Assembly: GCF_006345805.1 (NCBI RefSeq)
Contig: NC_043008.1
Coordinates: 40,548,001 to 40,612,000, forward strand
DNA length: 64,000 nt
Origin: Octopus sinensis
Taxonomy: Eukaryota
Direction: 5' to 3'
In this document: positions 41,211 through 55,842 of the stretch, one piece after another
Position numbering within the stretch: position 1 is the stretch's first letter
How the letters are laid out: every line of letters starts with the position of its first letter
The notes under the pieces: model-generated
Told to the model about the DNA's origin: nothing
Database searches by the model: none
The model's input: only the letters and a program-made list of their open reading frames with translations
Translations under genes and position numbers: made by a program

Positions 41211-42330
41211 ATGTATATATATACACACAAACACAAACACTAACACACATATATATATGTGTGTGTGTGTGTGAGAGAGAGTATGTATATAATTTCGTCG
41301 CGCATTTTTCCATTTATGTGTATTACCTTTGCTCTCCTATAATATATTCTATACACGATGTCAGTTGTTAATGTATCATTATAATATTTAGCCAGATGAT
41401 TGATGGATTCCCCTCAAGCAATCATCATGGATATGCACTTACAAATACTACTAATTCAATACTTTATACGAACTTGTGGATGACTGGAACATATATTAAT
41501 GAAGACCGATTACGCTTTAGCCTTATAAAATTAGCAGGATCAGCCCTATATCTACTTATGTCAAAGCAATCTATTCTAAATTAGATTCGGATACACTAAA
41601 ATGTATAAATCTTACTCCATTATTATAAAGACAAACTCTTTCTTAAATAATTCCATATTAGAGTCAATCGTATATCACAAAGTAGATATTGTATCTCAAT
41701 GGTAAAGAACGTGTTCTGCGACGTGGAATTAATTAAAAATTTAATCTAAAATACGCAAGCATATTAATTTACAAATCTTAGCCTTAGGGTAATATCCCAT
41801 TACTAATCCCAAAATACATGAATTCTTCGTTTAACTTAGCAAAAATCATAATATTATACAATTGCAAGTATGCCGTTGTGATAATACTAAAACTGAAATC
41901 AAGATAATAGAATAAATGATGTAGCTATTTCTAGATTCGTGTATGTGTGTTGTGTGTGTTCTCTTTCTCTTTTTAATTTAGTGTACTTGGGTAGAAGGTT
42001 GTTCGGGAAAGCGTTTTTTTTCAATTATCAACCTTTAAATTTTAAGGTCTTGCAGATTTTCATAGTCCCAGATATCATCATAAATTGTAGCGTATGAATT
42101 AAAGATCTGCATCTCGCCCTAAGATCCCGAGTTCAGCCATACGTACATACATGCTCGTGGCGCATGTATGTACGTATGTATGTATGTCTGCATGTATTTG
42201 CTTATGAGTTTGTATGTATTTGTGAGTATGTATATATGGATGGATGGATTGGTAGAGGGTTGTATCGTTTACAGATATTGAAAAAATATTACCTGTCTAT
42301 GTTATTTAGCAGGATCATAAACATTAATCG

Positions 42331-42700
42331 TGGAGCCGCAATGGCCCAGTGGTTAGGGCAGCGGACTCGCGGTTTCGATTCCCAGACCGGGCGTTGTGAG
42401 TGTTTATTGAGCGAAAACACCTAAAGCTCCACGAGACTCCGGTAGGGATGGTGGTGAACCCTGCAGTACTCTTTCACCACAACTTTCTCTCACTCTTACT
42501 TCCTGTTTCTGTTGTACCTGTATTTCACAGGGCCGGTCTTGTCACTCTCTGTGTCACACTGAATATCTCCGAGAATTACGTTAAGGGTACACGTGTCTTT
42601 GAAGTGCTCAGCCACTTACACGTTAATTTTACGATCAGGCTGTTCCGTTGATCGGATCAACCGGAACCCTCGTCGTCGTAACCGACGGAGTGCTTCCATT
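42331..42700 (+). mobile_element. tRNA-derived SINE, family D
   Basis: A-box-like gcaatggcccagtggttagggcagcggactcg, B-box-like ggtttcgattccc, GC-rich body, tail gtcgtcgtaaccgacggagtgc. Confidence 0.75.
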
Positions 42701-43399
42701 CCAAACATTAATCTGCTATTTTATACTATACAATACGTTATCAAGTTTATGTTAAATACGTTATCTCAATAGCTGTGGTTGTCCTGCTATGTTAATGGAT
42801 AGAATTATAATTACTATGTTTTTTTAGAGATACTGATTTAACAGTATTTTTACAAAAGTTTTCATTCATAAATTTTCTTTGTATAAGAGACATTTTCGTT
42901 GCAGTTATCTACTTTGGCCTACACTGCAATACATTTCCATATTCTGAAATCTGTCACAATTATAAAGTCTAAGATTCGGTGAAAAACAGGCAGATTTCCA
43001 AGTCTGGTAAGCTTATCATGTGTTGTAACAGGGAATAACAACAAATCTATCACGTGAATCCTGGAATGATAATGGATATATATTAACACTTCGGTACCTA
43101 AAGAAAAAAATTGTTCAGATTTCCATATAATGTTCTATACGCTATTGACGAATCGCATCCCAATAGAAAATAATAATTACTCTCGACTGATCCGTGGGAG
43201 TAAATTAGCGAGAACTCATTATTTAATAAAGGATGCGAAACTTTTGTACTTAATCAATGTATTCTATGTAATTCTGCAAAAATTTAGGCACAGCACAAAC
43301 AATGATATGGGGGATATTAAATGAACCCTGTATCTGTTGAAATAAATTATACAGATACAGGAACATGTGAAGTTACACGATAAGAATTTTAGTTGCACG

Positions 43400-43895
43400 T
43401 ATCTGGAAGCGGGCTCAAAACCATTGCATGGAGAGCTTGCGACGTCTGCTATCGCCTCGAGGCGACCGAAGTCTGAAGAGTGGATTTGGTAGACCGAAAC
43501 TGAAAGAGAACTAAGTAAACTCATATACATTCCTATACGTATATTTTATGTATATATGTTTATATATCTAATGTATATTATATGTGTATGTACATGTGTA
43601 GGAGTGTGTGTGTGTGTGTGCATGCGTGTGTGTGCATGTGTGTGTGAGCGTTCGTGTGTCTGTATGCGTGTGCGAATGCGTGTGTTTTTGTGTGGGTGTG
43701 TATATCATTGTGTGTGTCCTTCGCCATTGTTTACTGGTTTGGTTATGCAGCCTAACTTAACGTATCGGTAAAAATGGGCGATAAAGTGAGTACCAGACTT
43801 AGAAGCAAAAATAAGTACAGGGGGTCAATTCTTTCAGCTAAAATTATTCAAGATGGTACGTAGGTATGGCGCGATTCAATGACTGAAACAAATAA
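43400..43895 (+). mobile_element. Degenerate family A SINE
   Basis: gagtggatttggtagaccgaaactgaaag, (TG)n, gagtaccagactta, aatgactgaaacaaataaa. Confidence 0.65.
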
Positions 43896-45129
43896 ATGAG
43901 TAATTAGTAAAGCTAATTAAAAACATAGACACGAATATAGAATCAGATATGAATAAATAATTGCGGTTATATTCAGAAAAAAATACATTCTGAATATAAC
44001 CACATTATGTACACACACACACATAACGTGTGTGTGTGTGTACATGCATACATATAGGTGCGCAAATTATAAATAATATTTAAGAGAATGCACAACCGTA
44101 TACACAAAGACAAATACTCACATATGTATGCAGGAAGAAAATTACCGAGAGGGTCACTAAGTGACATAATTCATTTTCGATCTTTACATGCTATTAATGT
44201 AATTCATATTTTAATTTAATATATTTATAAATATGTTCTAAGACGCTTATCCGGAACACGGATGCCTTTCTGAAGTTATTCAATGGTGGTGATGAATATA
44301 TCCCGTATGACTATATTTCCGTCGTTTAAGAGAGAAGACATGCTGCTTGTTCACAATCTTGTAATAAAGCCATTAATGATTGATTAGCTAAACTGGATAC
44401 TGCATACATAACCATTCATCAAATGAAGTAGAAGATAAATTGCGTTAAGCTTGATGCTACATTCACAAGCCGACATTCTATAGATTCTATGGCTGCCATA
44501 TTTAATAAGATGTTAAACTAGAAAGTGAGAATAATAGCTAGTGATACAGATAGGGTGGATAAAGTGATGGAAACGAATAGACTATAATTTTAGACAGGTG
44601 GACACAGAGACGGTGGAAGAGATCAACATATTAAGAATTTATGATAACATCTACATGGTTGCACGAATGGTTTTCCACAAGTACTTAATTTTAATTAATT
44701 AAGCTAAATGGACATTTAATATCTTCATAATACAATTAAGTAGTCTTAGCTAATTGTGTGAGAGTGGACGTGTTTATATATGTCCCTGTATAGCAGCGTG
44801 TATGTGTCAGGTTTGCAATTACACTGCAAAAGTTGTGCTTGAAATAGTAGATAATTATAGGACAAGGTACGATAGGGGGTATTGTACATTTCCAAGTACA
44901 CAGTTGGAACGATTCTGTCGCAATTCGATTGTGACTGAACTTTCTTTGAGATGTAGGTATGCATTGTATATATGTGACCAGCGTTGATCGTAAAATCACT
45001 AAATATGCGCATGATATGGATTCAAAATTTATATAAATGTCCTTAATTATATGGTTATGGTTCGTGCATTCATCGGAAGAAAACATATAATGATGTAATG
45101 TACTCATTATTCAATTAAATAAATCGTTG

Positions 45130-45900
45130 GAAACAGCTGTAATGGAGTGGCACCTATTTATCGTTTGCTATATATTTATGATTCATCTCTCTCGGAACCT
45201 GTCCATCGTATCTTCTCAAGCATATTATTGACCGCACATTTAATATAATGTGCCTTTCCGAATTAGCCCAAGGGCTGGTGATATACTCAGTTGGGTTCAA
45301 ATAATTGTATACGTAGCCTGAATATCTATCTCCATACACTACGGTACCAATGTTTTTATTCGTCTATAGTTACTGTGTATGCATTCCAATTTTGACCCGA
45401 CCACTTGCCTTACTATTTAAGTGCCTTATTCACCTGAATTTTAATATATATTGTATGTATGTTTGTATGTATTTACGGCTCTCTATCTGTATATGTATAT
45501 ATGTAAGTGACCGGTTCCACTCAAGCCTAATATAGTTTCCTTTAAAGGCTACAACTTTCTACTCCTATGTCCCTCACTTTCTTTCCCTTACTTCTGTCTT
45601 AACAATTCCACCAAAATCCCATTCCTAAATATTTTATCTCTCACTTTCCTTTCCTCGTTATTCGGAAGCACATCATTTCTGCTAACATTCATCTTTTTAT
45701 TCTGTAGAAATGCGTATGTATGAGTATTTGTTTATTCTTGACGAAGTAAACACTTTCCAGCTTAATATTCATAACGGCCTTCCTCCTTAAAGTCCACATC
45801 CATCCACGCTAAGAACCCGCTTTCTTCCCCACTATTCTTTTCTTTATTGTTCACAACTTTATATGATTCCCCACTCTCAAACATTTGTTCTCTTCCCTCA
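45130..45900 (-). mobile_element. Probable highly decayed LINE reverse-transcriptase remnant
   Basis: Minus frames give FLAWMDV (possible YADD-region relic) ~185 bp upstream of EIKYLGMG (RT KYLG motif), then VYGDRY (LLYG.E.W-like). Many stops. Confidence 0.35.
45532..45689. repeat. 158-bp direct repeat, copy 1
   Basis: 7 mismatches counted against 48103-48260. Confidence 0.9.
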
Positions 45901-46680
45901 CTTTCCTTATTTGCTGACCATATTATTTCTTGAAACATTTGTTTTCTTTAAGGATTTATTATTTATTTTGTTTTTATATTCTTTTATTATTTTTCTAAAA
46001 TTTAATTTAATGTTTTTCTTCTGTTCTTCTGGCTTTCTAATCGCATCTTCGGTGAGTTAACTTGAGATTTCCAAATGAAAATGTAAGCTTCAAATAATTA
46101 AGCTATCTTTGGCCTGAAGTGTAGCTTGTTCTGTAATTATTGCATCAGAGGATATGCAAGCTACGAAATATATGTTGCCAGATTTTACCTATTCACTCCC
46201 GCAATTTGGATTTTTATTCGCATTCATAGTAACTCTAGTTGTTAACCGTGCGCTATACATAAATGTTTCCAGCTTATCGTAATTCGATATCAGAGAAGCC
46301 TACAACCTTCGACACCAATAGATTATTATTGTTGTGCCTGAACGTTGTTCTGTTTGCATACCACGGACTGCACTAAGATCTTTGGATCTTACAATTACAC
46401 ACACACACACACACACATATAGATAGATGTACACAGACACACACACATATAGACAGATGTATATTTATTGATATACACGCATAGGTATATATGTTCTCCA
46501 AACACATTTCGGTTAATGTGTTTCGGCTGGATTTTTTAAATATTTAGTTTGAGCTTTCATGCAATTCTCTACTTATCGAATTTATAACATTGCTTCTACT
46601 GAAAGTTGCATTTAAGCCTCTGTAAATAGCACTGTTGTGGGGTCAAGTGTTCGAGGGAGAAATTCAGTATGTCATTAGAA

Positions 46681-47700
46681 TACGATATCTGATCCATAAG
46701 TATCGAGACTGGTACTATAAAAACAGAGCTACAACACATGCCAAACTGACATTTAATCTCCTTCAAAGTAATCCACCTTGGAAGCGATACACTCAACCCC
46801 GCGTTGCTTTTATTGATGGAAACCTTCTTGGAACTCGTTTTCTGGGATGATCAGCAGCTGCCTCATCACATTCACCTTGATTTCCTCGATGTCCTGAAAT
46901 CTTCCTCCTTTCAAGTGGGATTTGATTTATGGAATCAAATCTCGCTTGTCATGCTGCAATTGTTACTCACGGGACGCATGCAATTGTGGCTTTTTTCGAC
47001 AAATAGCATCCAACAAACGCCGCAAAACGTCACGGTAGTACTCCTTTTTTTCACTTTCTGACCAGGGGGAACATACTCATCATGAACGAGCCCCTTGTAA
47101 CCTAGAAAAGCATTCGTGCTTTCTTCAGTCTCGGAGACATCGGAATCTTCTACTTCGAAGGCTGAGCCTTTGTTTCGGGGTCATAGCTGTAGATCGACGA
47201 TGTATCACCCATTCCAAAACGTTTTCCACACAATCAACGAGATCTTGTACAACAATGAGATCCGAGTGTCATTTTGGTCAGGTGAAAGTAGTTTTGGTCA
47301 GGTGAAAGTAGTTTTGGTCAGCTGAAAGCAGGCGTCTCATAACTAAATCTTCAGTGACAATGGATTCAACGGATTCGTGACTAATCTGCCCATCCTCTGA
47401 TGACGCGCGGATGGTGATTCGACGATTTCCCCTCACAGTTGCAAGCATGCCTGGGATGTTTTTCTCAGTTCTATTAACATTTTTCGGTTATCTTGGAAAC
47501 GTCTGAACCAATCGTACACTTGTGTACGATTGGTTCATACACCCCATTCCGAGCAGGGATCACGAAGTTTTTGGCAAAATGCTATGCAGATTTTCTGCTC
47601 AAATCTGTCAAAGTCAATTCGACGATCACGTGCTACATACGATCCTTTCATGCACTGCTAGAAGCAGCGGAAGTAAGCTAGGACGTTAGAACTTAGTGCG
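46681..47700 (-). mobile_element. Decayed mariner transposon (transposase relic 46753-47611)
   Basis: Minus frames give DRFEQKICIAFCQKL, QVYDWFRRFQD, RRITIR, SIYSYDPETKAQ, HDEYVPPGQKVKKEYYRDVLRRL, SHLKGGRFQDIEEIK and DYFEGD*. One end TA-CGATATCTGATCCATAAGTATCGAGACT at 46681; other TIR not seen; internal deletions. Confidence 0.9.
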
Positions 47701-48102
47701 CATGCACAGTTCAAGGTCGATCTTTGCTAAGTGACATATAAGACATCATGCAATCTATCAATTTTTCCATACACAAATTTAGGAAATTTGTACCTCATTT
47801 TGGTTTCAATGAATCACACAAAGAAAATGATGCCCTCATTGCTTATTGTAGGTTGTAATATGTGAAATCAGGAAATGTATTACGTAAATTGCAATCAATG
47901 AAATTCGTAATTTAAATCTAATAATTTTCTCATTACAAACAGATCTTAAATAATAACTTAAACCTGGTTACCGGACTTTGCGTGTGTAACGCAATGAAAC
48001 ACTCCATATTCTCATTCGTAATCTAAGAGATGAAGCTGATGATGATTGCGTTGCAAATGCTGCTGATATTTATTGGATTTTGGCAGATTCTGAAATTGAA
48101 CA

Positions 48103-48260
48103 ATAGTTTCCCTTAAAGGTTACAACTTTCTACTCCTATATCCCTCACTTTCTTTCCCTTACTTCTTTCTTAACAACTCCACCAAAATCCCATTCCTAAA
48201 TATTTTATCTCTCACTTTCCTTTCCTCGTTATTCGTAAGCACCTCATTTCTGCTAACATT
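48103..48260. repeat. 158-bp direct repeat, copy 2
   Basis: ~96% identical to 45532-45689. Confidence 0.9.
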
Positions 48261-49499
48261 ATATTACGAATTCCTCCCTGAAATTATTGTTTGAACAACC
48301 TTGTAAAATATTTTGGTCTGAGTGACAGCGATTCGTTATTATTGTCTGAAAGAAAGACACTTGAAATGAATATAAAACAGTTACTATATAAATATAATGT
48401 TGATTTAACTGATTTTTTCTTCAAACTTGAGTTGTCTTTCTCTTTTAATCATAACGTAAGTGGATTTCGCAAATTTATTTGAAACACACTTTGTTTTTAT
48501 TTTATATTTTTTTACGCTGGTAATACGAGAGAACCGTGTATTATATAACAAAAATTGAAAGCATATTCCCAATCTCTCTGTCACTGCATTTAAAAGAAAC
48601 AGAACATTTTGAGTTGTAATTCCATACAAGATCATTGGAATTGCAAAGCCTATAATATTTAATATACAAGTTACGTTCCTATGTTGTTTAAGTGATACTA
48701 CATGTTTCAATGTCTATGAGAAAGTCACTCTTTTAGTGAGCATCGAGCATCATAATAGGGTATATATGTCAATCGGTATACGTGGAAAATCTTTATCTAT
48801 ACATTCCCAATAATCCACAGAACCTTACATTAAGTATCGTTAAATAAATATATTCCTTAATGGTACGAGTAACAAACATGAAACTTTTCAGCAATGTTTC
48901 CAACATAACAGACTGCAAATTTTAATGGGTTACTTAATATTATATAATATATCAGCGATAATGGGTATAAATTTCGAACACATGGATTGTTACCTGTATT
49001 CTAAATTACGTTTCTTGGAATTACAATTTGATTTCTTAAAATGATTATGAGGATAATAAAGGATACATCTCTAGGGTAATGAATGTATGGTAAATTGGGA
49101 AGAAACATTTCGTGGTTTAGAAAAATAGGGGGATTTTAAAATTATAATGTGAGAAAAAATTTTCAAAAATATAATTGGAATGGACAAAAATATTCCATTC
49201 ACGAAAGCAAAGTAATTGTGTCAAGGAATGGGAAAATAAAAGCTTTCTTCATGTTAGCTATACTAGCTATCCAATGCCTCTTGAAACTATAACCGATTTG
49301 CTCATTGAACGAAAATTTTGAGCATATGTGTATGTCTGTCTGTATATATATATACACATACACGTATGTCATTGTTTCTATGTCGTGTTATATTTAGAAT
49401 AAATTTGCATATGGAACTGAAAGACAACACGCATCATACAGGAAACAAATTGTCGAGAGAAACTTCAAAATGTTGGATGCAGAAAATATAAACATACTG

Positions 49500-49591
49500 G
49501 TACACAGACAGACGAACAGACAGACAGACCGACAGACAGACCGACAGACAGACCGACAGATAGACAGACAGACAGATAGACAGATAAATAT

Positions 49592-49669
<78 letters not shown>

Positions 49670-49670
49670 T
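49500..49670. repeat. (GACA)n/(GATA)n compound microsatellite
   Basis: Direct read. Confidence 0.9.
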
Positions 49671-50823
49671 TAAGTATGTAAATAATGAGATATATTGCTA
49701 GTTTATTGATTGTCATTCTGTCAAAGATTGCGAACATAACGAATATTTCAGCGCACGAGGATTGGTTTTAAATCCCTGGTCATAATTATTTTGAATCAAG
49801 GCTAAATTTATCACATAAAGCGAAGAAAATTTATATTCTTTGCCAGACATTTCTCTCGCTACGATGGGAAAACTATTTGACAATTTAGTTTCCATAATTT
49901 CAGATATCAAGATGCTTTACGATATCAATTGGTCAATGAAGTGATCGTTAAAAAATAGCTTTCACATTAAAAGTATTATCAACCAGATGCATTAGGCGAA
50001 AATACTAAATACAAAGTTGCTACGCATATAGTCTCATTAATTAACAATATTTGTTTTAGTATGTGAATTAGAGAATTTAAAATCAAAAGAAATCGATATC
50101 ATACAGTTTGTTGCTGCGCTAAATAATTCAAATTTTATGTTAAGTCAACAAAAAGTCAGGCTTTTCTTATCAATAGGGCAAATATTCATAAAAAGGAAAG
50201 CGCATTAAACGTTATCCAGTCTTCTTTATGGAATCAGAAAATATGTAAATTAATACGAAAATCTTTTCATCGATGTCGTTTCTATTTTTCTTGGGAAACT
50301 AGTGTTTCCTTTCTCAAAATTCTGCAATCGCTAAAATAACCTCCTTACTTAGATGCCAAGTTCTACATTTCTATAAAAAGTCATCCTTACAATTATGCTC
50401 ATACATGCGTAATTGAGAATTTGTAAAGAAACGCAATACATGTTATTATCACAAGCATCGAAAACTGTTTCGAAATACGGGGTGAAGATACAAAGAAATA
50501 CTTCACTTTAGGAGCCTTTTAGGGGCCCTTAAGGGGTTTTAAGCTGCATGTACACGTTAGAACCAAATGAATAGCAGGTACTATAATAATATTATGTAGA
50601 GAGATTGCATTAGATCAAACATATCTTGAATACAAGACTTCATAAATGGCACTTTTATTCGTGAATTCCATCGTATTTTTGCATTGTTTCTATGTTACTA
50701 TAAATATGAACTCAGGACGAATAGCTCAGGACGATATACTTTGTAAAGATTCATAAGTAAACCAAATGACGAAATGAATAGGGCTACAAAAGTAGGTAAA
50801 AGTGCTTTTATATATAATATTGG

Positions 50824-50980
50824 TTTCAAATTTTTTCACAAGGCTAGCAGTTTCGGGGCAGGAGTTACGTCGATTACATTGAATCCAGTGATCAACTGAT
50901 ACTTATTTCATCCACACCGACAGGCGGACGAAATACTTCTAAGCATTTCTCCGACTTGCTTGAAATTCTTCCAACTCGCC
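50824..50980 (-). mobile_element. Family B SINE with internal deletion
   Basis: Minus: ggcgagttgg...aaatgcttagaagtatttcgtccg...aaataagtatcagttgatcactgg..aatgtaatcgac. Confidence 0.6.
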
Positions 50981-51554
50981 AAACTGCTTTTATTTACAAT
51001 ATTACTTGACACTTTCATTCGAATAAACCAAACGTTTACAAAACTTGAAGTTAACTTGGAATGTTCGCGTTTAGAGCAATTTAGATATAGTTATTGATTG
51101 ATAAATTAGGAAACAATCATTACTTGGTAAGCTGACCGTTAAATTCAAGAATATTTATCACATATGTAAAGAAGAAATTACCATTACGATTTCAAACTTC
51201 TCGTTTTAACGATATTTTCATAAGGCTGAATAATTATAAACTTTGTTATTATAGTTATAAGAAACTTTCATTGCGACATATGGTTGAAATGTGTATATGT
51301 ATTGTATATATATATGTATGGTATCTATGTACGTACCTGTGAACGTATGTGTGCATGTGTGGATGCGTTTCTGAACTTGCGTGTGAATATACGTATGTAT
51401 ATGGTGAAACCTGTGTTTCTCTATATGTAAATATACGAATATATGTGTGAGCATATATACTTATACCTATATATATGTATATAATAGTATTAAAGGGAAA
51501 TGAAAATCAATTAAAGTTTTCACTTCCAGTGGCCTATGTATTAGTCATAAAATA

Positions 51555-51903
51555 CAGTGTACATTTAAACACATTAGGAATCCACACGTGGGATTCAACA
51601 CGCTAGGAAGAACAGCTAGGTTCTATAACCACAAAATTAGGGATAACATTCGACAGGAACAAAATGGAAAGATAGAAACATTTTACCAACTAGTTTCCTG
51701 GACCAATTGGTTTCTGATTTTAATTTAGCAAGTAAATAACATATATATATATAACATATATATAGGAAACTAGATGATAAAATGTTCTTATTTTTTCATT
51801 TCGTTCGGATTTTCTCCCAAATTTTGTGCTTATAGAACCTAGCTGTTTTCTCTAGCGTGTTGAATCCCATTAGTGGATTCCTCATGTGTTTAGATGTACA
51901 CTG
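51555..51903. mobile_element. Tc1/mariner-type MITE with long TIRs (349 bp)
   Basis: TA|CAGTGTACAT... and ...ATGTACACTG|TA; arms 51555-~51705 and ~51763-51903 are imperfect reverse complements. Confidence 0.85.
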
Positions 51904-51919
51904 TATTGTATATATATAT

Positions 51920-52032
<113 letters not shown>

Positions 52033-52276
52033 GTAGCAATATGTTACGAAAAGAAAATATAAAATACACGTGGAAATGTAAGGGTAAAATATGAAAAATC
52101 AACGAAAATGCATATTGCAAATAGAAAAAGGCTATTTATGACAGGTAGTGACAAATATATACATTTAGATTGACTGAAGTAGTAATACGAGACATAAAGG
52201 TCATTATTATGAGATGATTATAAGATGATAATAAAGTAAGAGAACAAAACGAACCAATGGTTTACGCATTTGAAGT

Positions 52277-52319
<43 letters not shown>

Positions 52320-52486
52320 TTTGAGAGGTTGCCATTTGTTTCACCACATAGTTATCAGTACCGTCTGTTAAACATACACTTGTTTAAACTCATCACATAC
52401 GTACACGTCTCCTCACATTTAGGAGGCATGCGTTTCCATGAATTGCTTTCATTCATATATGCATTCATACATACAAATACATACAT

Positions 52487-52540
<54 letters not shown>

Positions 52541-52602
52541 ATTATATATATATGTATATATGTATTATATATACATATATATATATACATATATATATAT
52601 AT

Positions 52603-53598
52603 TATATGTATATATGTATGTATAGACATACACACATATATACATACATACATATATACATATTTCGCTTATGAATGTTAACTCATTTGTATATAACCCA
52701 CAGGCAAATAAGACAAACAAAAGCTACAAGTGCACTTCTTTACATGGTTTGGTGTTCGGATATTTGTGAGTAAATTGTGCAAACAGTATCTATCTAATAA
52801 TGCTTACGCAGTTTATAGATGAAGTTTGAAAGATAAAAAGAACTTAAATCAAAACGAGACGAGAAGTGGAAGTGTAATTTCAAGGAAAACATACAATATC
52901 ATTCAACGAGATGAGGCGTATATGTATGTGATTACATCTGCGTGTGTATGTGTGTCTTTGTGAGTGTATGTGCGTGTGTGCATTGCGCCATTGTGTGTCT
53001 GTCTGTGTTTATAAAGTTCTCTTTCTGTTATGTTCAGCTAATTCATTTCCTTACATGATGTAAAATCAGTTCTTTGTTATTCCGTATGGCCGTTCAGTGA
53101 ATGCTTATATAAAAGCTGTAATGATGACATAGATTTTATTAAAGTACACTTTAAAAGAAAATAAAAATCTAAAAAGAAAATAGAAGTGTGTTTTGATATG
53201 TCTAAATTTTTATTACATGCATATCTTAAAATATATGTACATGCTTTTATATATAAATATTTATATGTATGTATGCATGAACGTTTTTATGTGCATTTTT
53301 ACTATGTTTACAAATAACACCGGAAAAATAAATAAATATTAACGAGGGTAGCAAACATTCACTCAAGTACCAAGGATGTTACAGCCTCCTTATAAAGGTA
53401 GACATTCCAGTAGTAAGCTTATGTGGAAATCTTAACAAAGACATTATTTAGAGTAACTTCTCTTCATTATTTTTGAATTATAAATCAAATACTAATGGGT
53501 GATACATATTTTGCATGTTCATTCTGTTCCAGCTTGATACCTCATCTATTATTCACATACGTTGTGAATATATATATATATATTATATATATATATTA

Positions 53599-53632
<34 letters not shown>

Positions 53633-54573
53633 TAGACATACACACATATATACATACATACATATATACATATTTCGCTTATGAATGTTAACTCATTTGT
53701 ATATAACCCACAGGCAAATAAGACAAACAAAAGCTACAAGTGCACTTCTTTACATGGTTTGGTGTTCGGATATTTGTGAGTAAATTGTGCAAACAGTATC
53801 TATCTAATAATGCTTACGCAGTTTATAGATGAAGTTTGAAAGATAAAAAGAACTTAAATCAAAACGAGACGAGAAGTGGAAGTGTAATTTCAAGGAAAAC
53901 ATACAATATCATTCAACGAGATGAGGCGTATATGTATGTGATTACATCTGCGTGTGTATGTGTGTCTTTGTGAGTGTATGTGCGTGTGTGCATTGCGCCA
54001 TTGTGTGTCTGTCTGTGTTTATAAAGTTCTCTTTCTGTTATGTTCAGCTAATTCATTTCCTTACATGATGTAAAATCAGTTCTTTGTTATTCCGTATGGC
54101 CGTTCAGTGAATGCTTATATAAAAGCTGTAATGATGACATAGATTTTATTAAAGTACACTTTAAAAGAAAATAAAAATCTAAAAAGAAAATAGAAGTGTG
54201 TTTTGATATGTCTAAATTTTTATTACATGCATATCTTAAAATATATGTACATGCTTTTATATATAAATATTTATATGTATGTATGCATGAACGTTTTTAT
54301 GTGCATTTTTACTATGTTTACAAATAACACCGGAAAAATAAATAAATATTAACGAGGGTAGCAAACATTCACTCAAGTACCAAGGATGTTACAGCCTCCT
54401 TATAAAGGTAGACATTCCAGTAGTAAGCTTATGTGGAAATCTTAACAAAGACATTATTTAGAGTAACTTCTCTTCATTATTTTTGAATTATAAATCAAAT
54501 ACTAATGGTGATACATATTTTGCATGTTCATTCTGTTCCAGCTTGATACCTCATCTATTATTCACATACGTTG

Positions 54574-54591
<18 letters not shown>
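52603..54591. repeat. Near-identical ~1010-bp tandem duplication bounded by (TA)n
   Basis: Offset 1010 (52681/53691), becoming 1009 after a 1-bp indel (aatgggtgat vs aatggtgat). No other difference noticed outside the (TA)n tracts. Confidence 0.95.
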
Positions 54592-54658
<67 letters not shown>

Positions 54659-54898
54659 TACTACTTACTACTACTAATATAGGATGAAGTTATTTTTACA
54701 GAAAAAAAAAATTCCATCAAAAACTGTGGCAGCATATTAAAATACCTTTACCGTTACAATTATAAACAACTTATAAACAGGGACAAAAGAAAATTATTTC
54801 AATGCCAATATGCTAATAACAGACTTTTAAATAGTCAATTTCCACATATTTTCTTTAGCCCTTATTTATAAGCTGTCTCTCTCTCTATGTATATATAT

Positions 54899-54985
54899 TA
54901 ATCAAAATAAAAACATGATTCAAAGGATTTAGCGGTACATATGTTTCGGGCCTTTATTAGACGGTTTTATAACAATGCATAATTA
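54899..54985 (-). mobile_element. Truncated copy of the 1441-1535 element (3' half of the HHR only)
   Basis: gatt(t/c)agcggtacatatgtttcgggcctttattagac shared; CUGAAGA half absent. Confidence 0.75.
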
Positions 54986-55538
54986 ATGTAAATGTGTGTC
55001 TATGTGTGTCTATGATATATATATATATATATATATCATTATGTGCCGTATACGTTCTTCCTGTCTTTTCTGTGAAGCTCCTTTAATCTAAGCCTCTTTC
55101 TCACTCTCAGCCACAATGTTGTGTGTGTGTTTGTGGGAATGCGTGAATGTGCGTGTTTCCGTGTGTAATTCTCTGTCTCCATGCCGGCAAAAGTGACTTA
55201 GATACACTTCTCGGCATAGTTTTGTCCTTTGAAGTGCATGATGAAGTATATTGGAAACGCAAAGGGATTTCCTATAGGGATTGTAGATATACTTACCGAT
55301 AAATATATCAAATAAGAAGATTTTATCGACGGCATACATTTCTTAGAACATGAAGTATATATTGGCGAATATTTATTGAGGGATATTATACTTTGTTTAC
55401 ATACATACATTTAGTTGTCCTTATACACATATATACACACACATATGCATATATTTACATGTCTATGTATGTATGTATGTATGTGTTTGACTGTGGTTTG
55501 CATATACCTATGTATATATGTAAAGATGTACATCCGTA

Positions 55539-55589
<51 letters not shown>

Positions 55590-55611
55590 ATGCACATAAG
55601 CATACACACGC

Positions 55612-55669
<58 letters not shown>

Positions 55670-55842
55670 AAAGGGCTTAGTAAAATAAATTACTTTGCCG
55701 CATACTGAACTCATTAGAAATAGTAGCTAAAAAAACTTTTTTAAAACTATTTCTAATACTTAAAGAAAACCTCTCTCATATAGTGTTTGCTCAATTCAAC
55801 TCACGAAAGTATGGGGGTAAAGACATTAAAAAATCAAATGCA

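Noticed and set aside
43470-43505. CTGAAGA...CCGAAAC hammerhead-like string
   Set aside because: Arises from mutation of the family A SINE sequence gagtggatttggtagacggaaactg; no stems.
46500-46565. Possible Penelope-end relic (TCCAGCCGAAAC on minus strand, local hairpin)
   Set aside because: No CUGANGA box remains; too degenerate to call.
48405-48710. 101-aa minus ORF with ILNIIGFAIPMILY (GPCR TM5-like)
   Set aside because: A single hydrophobic stretch with no other receptor motif; consistent with T-rich chance.
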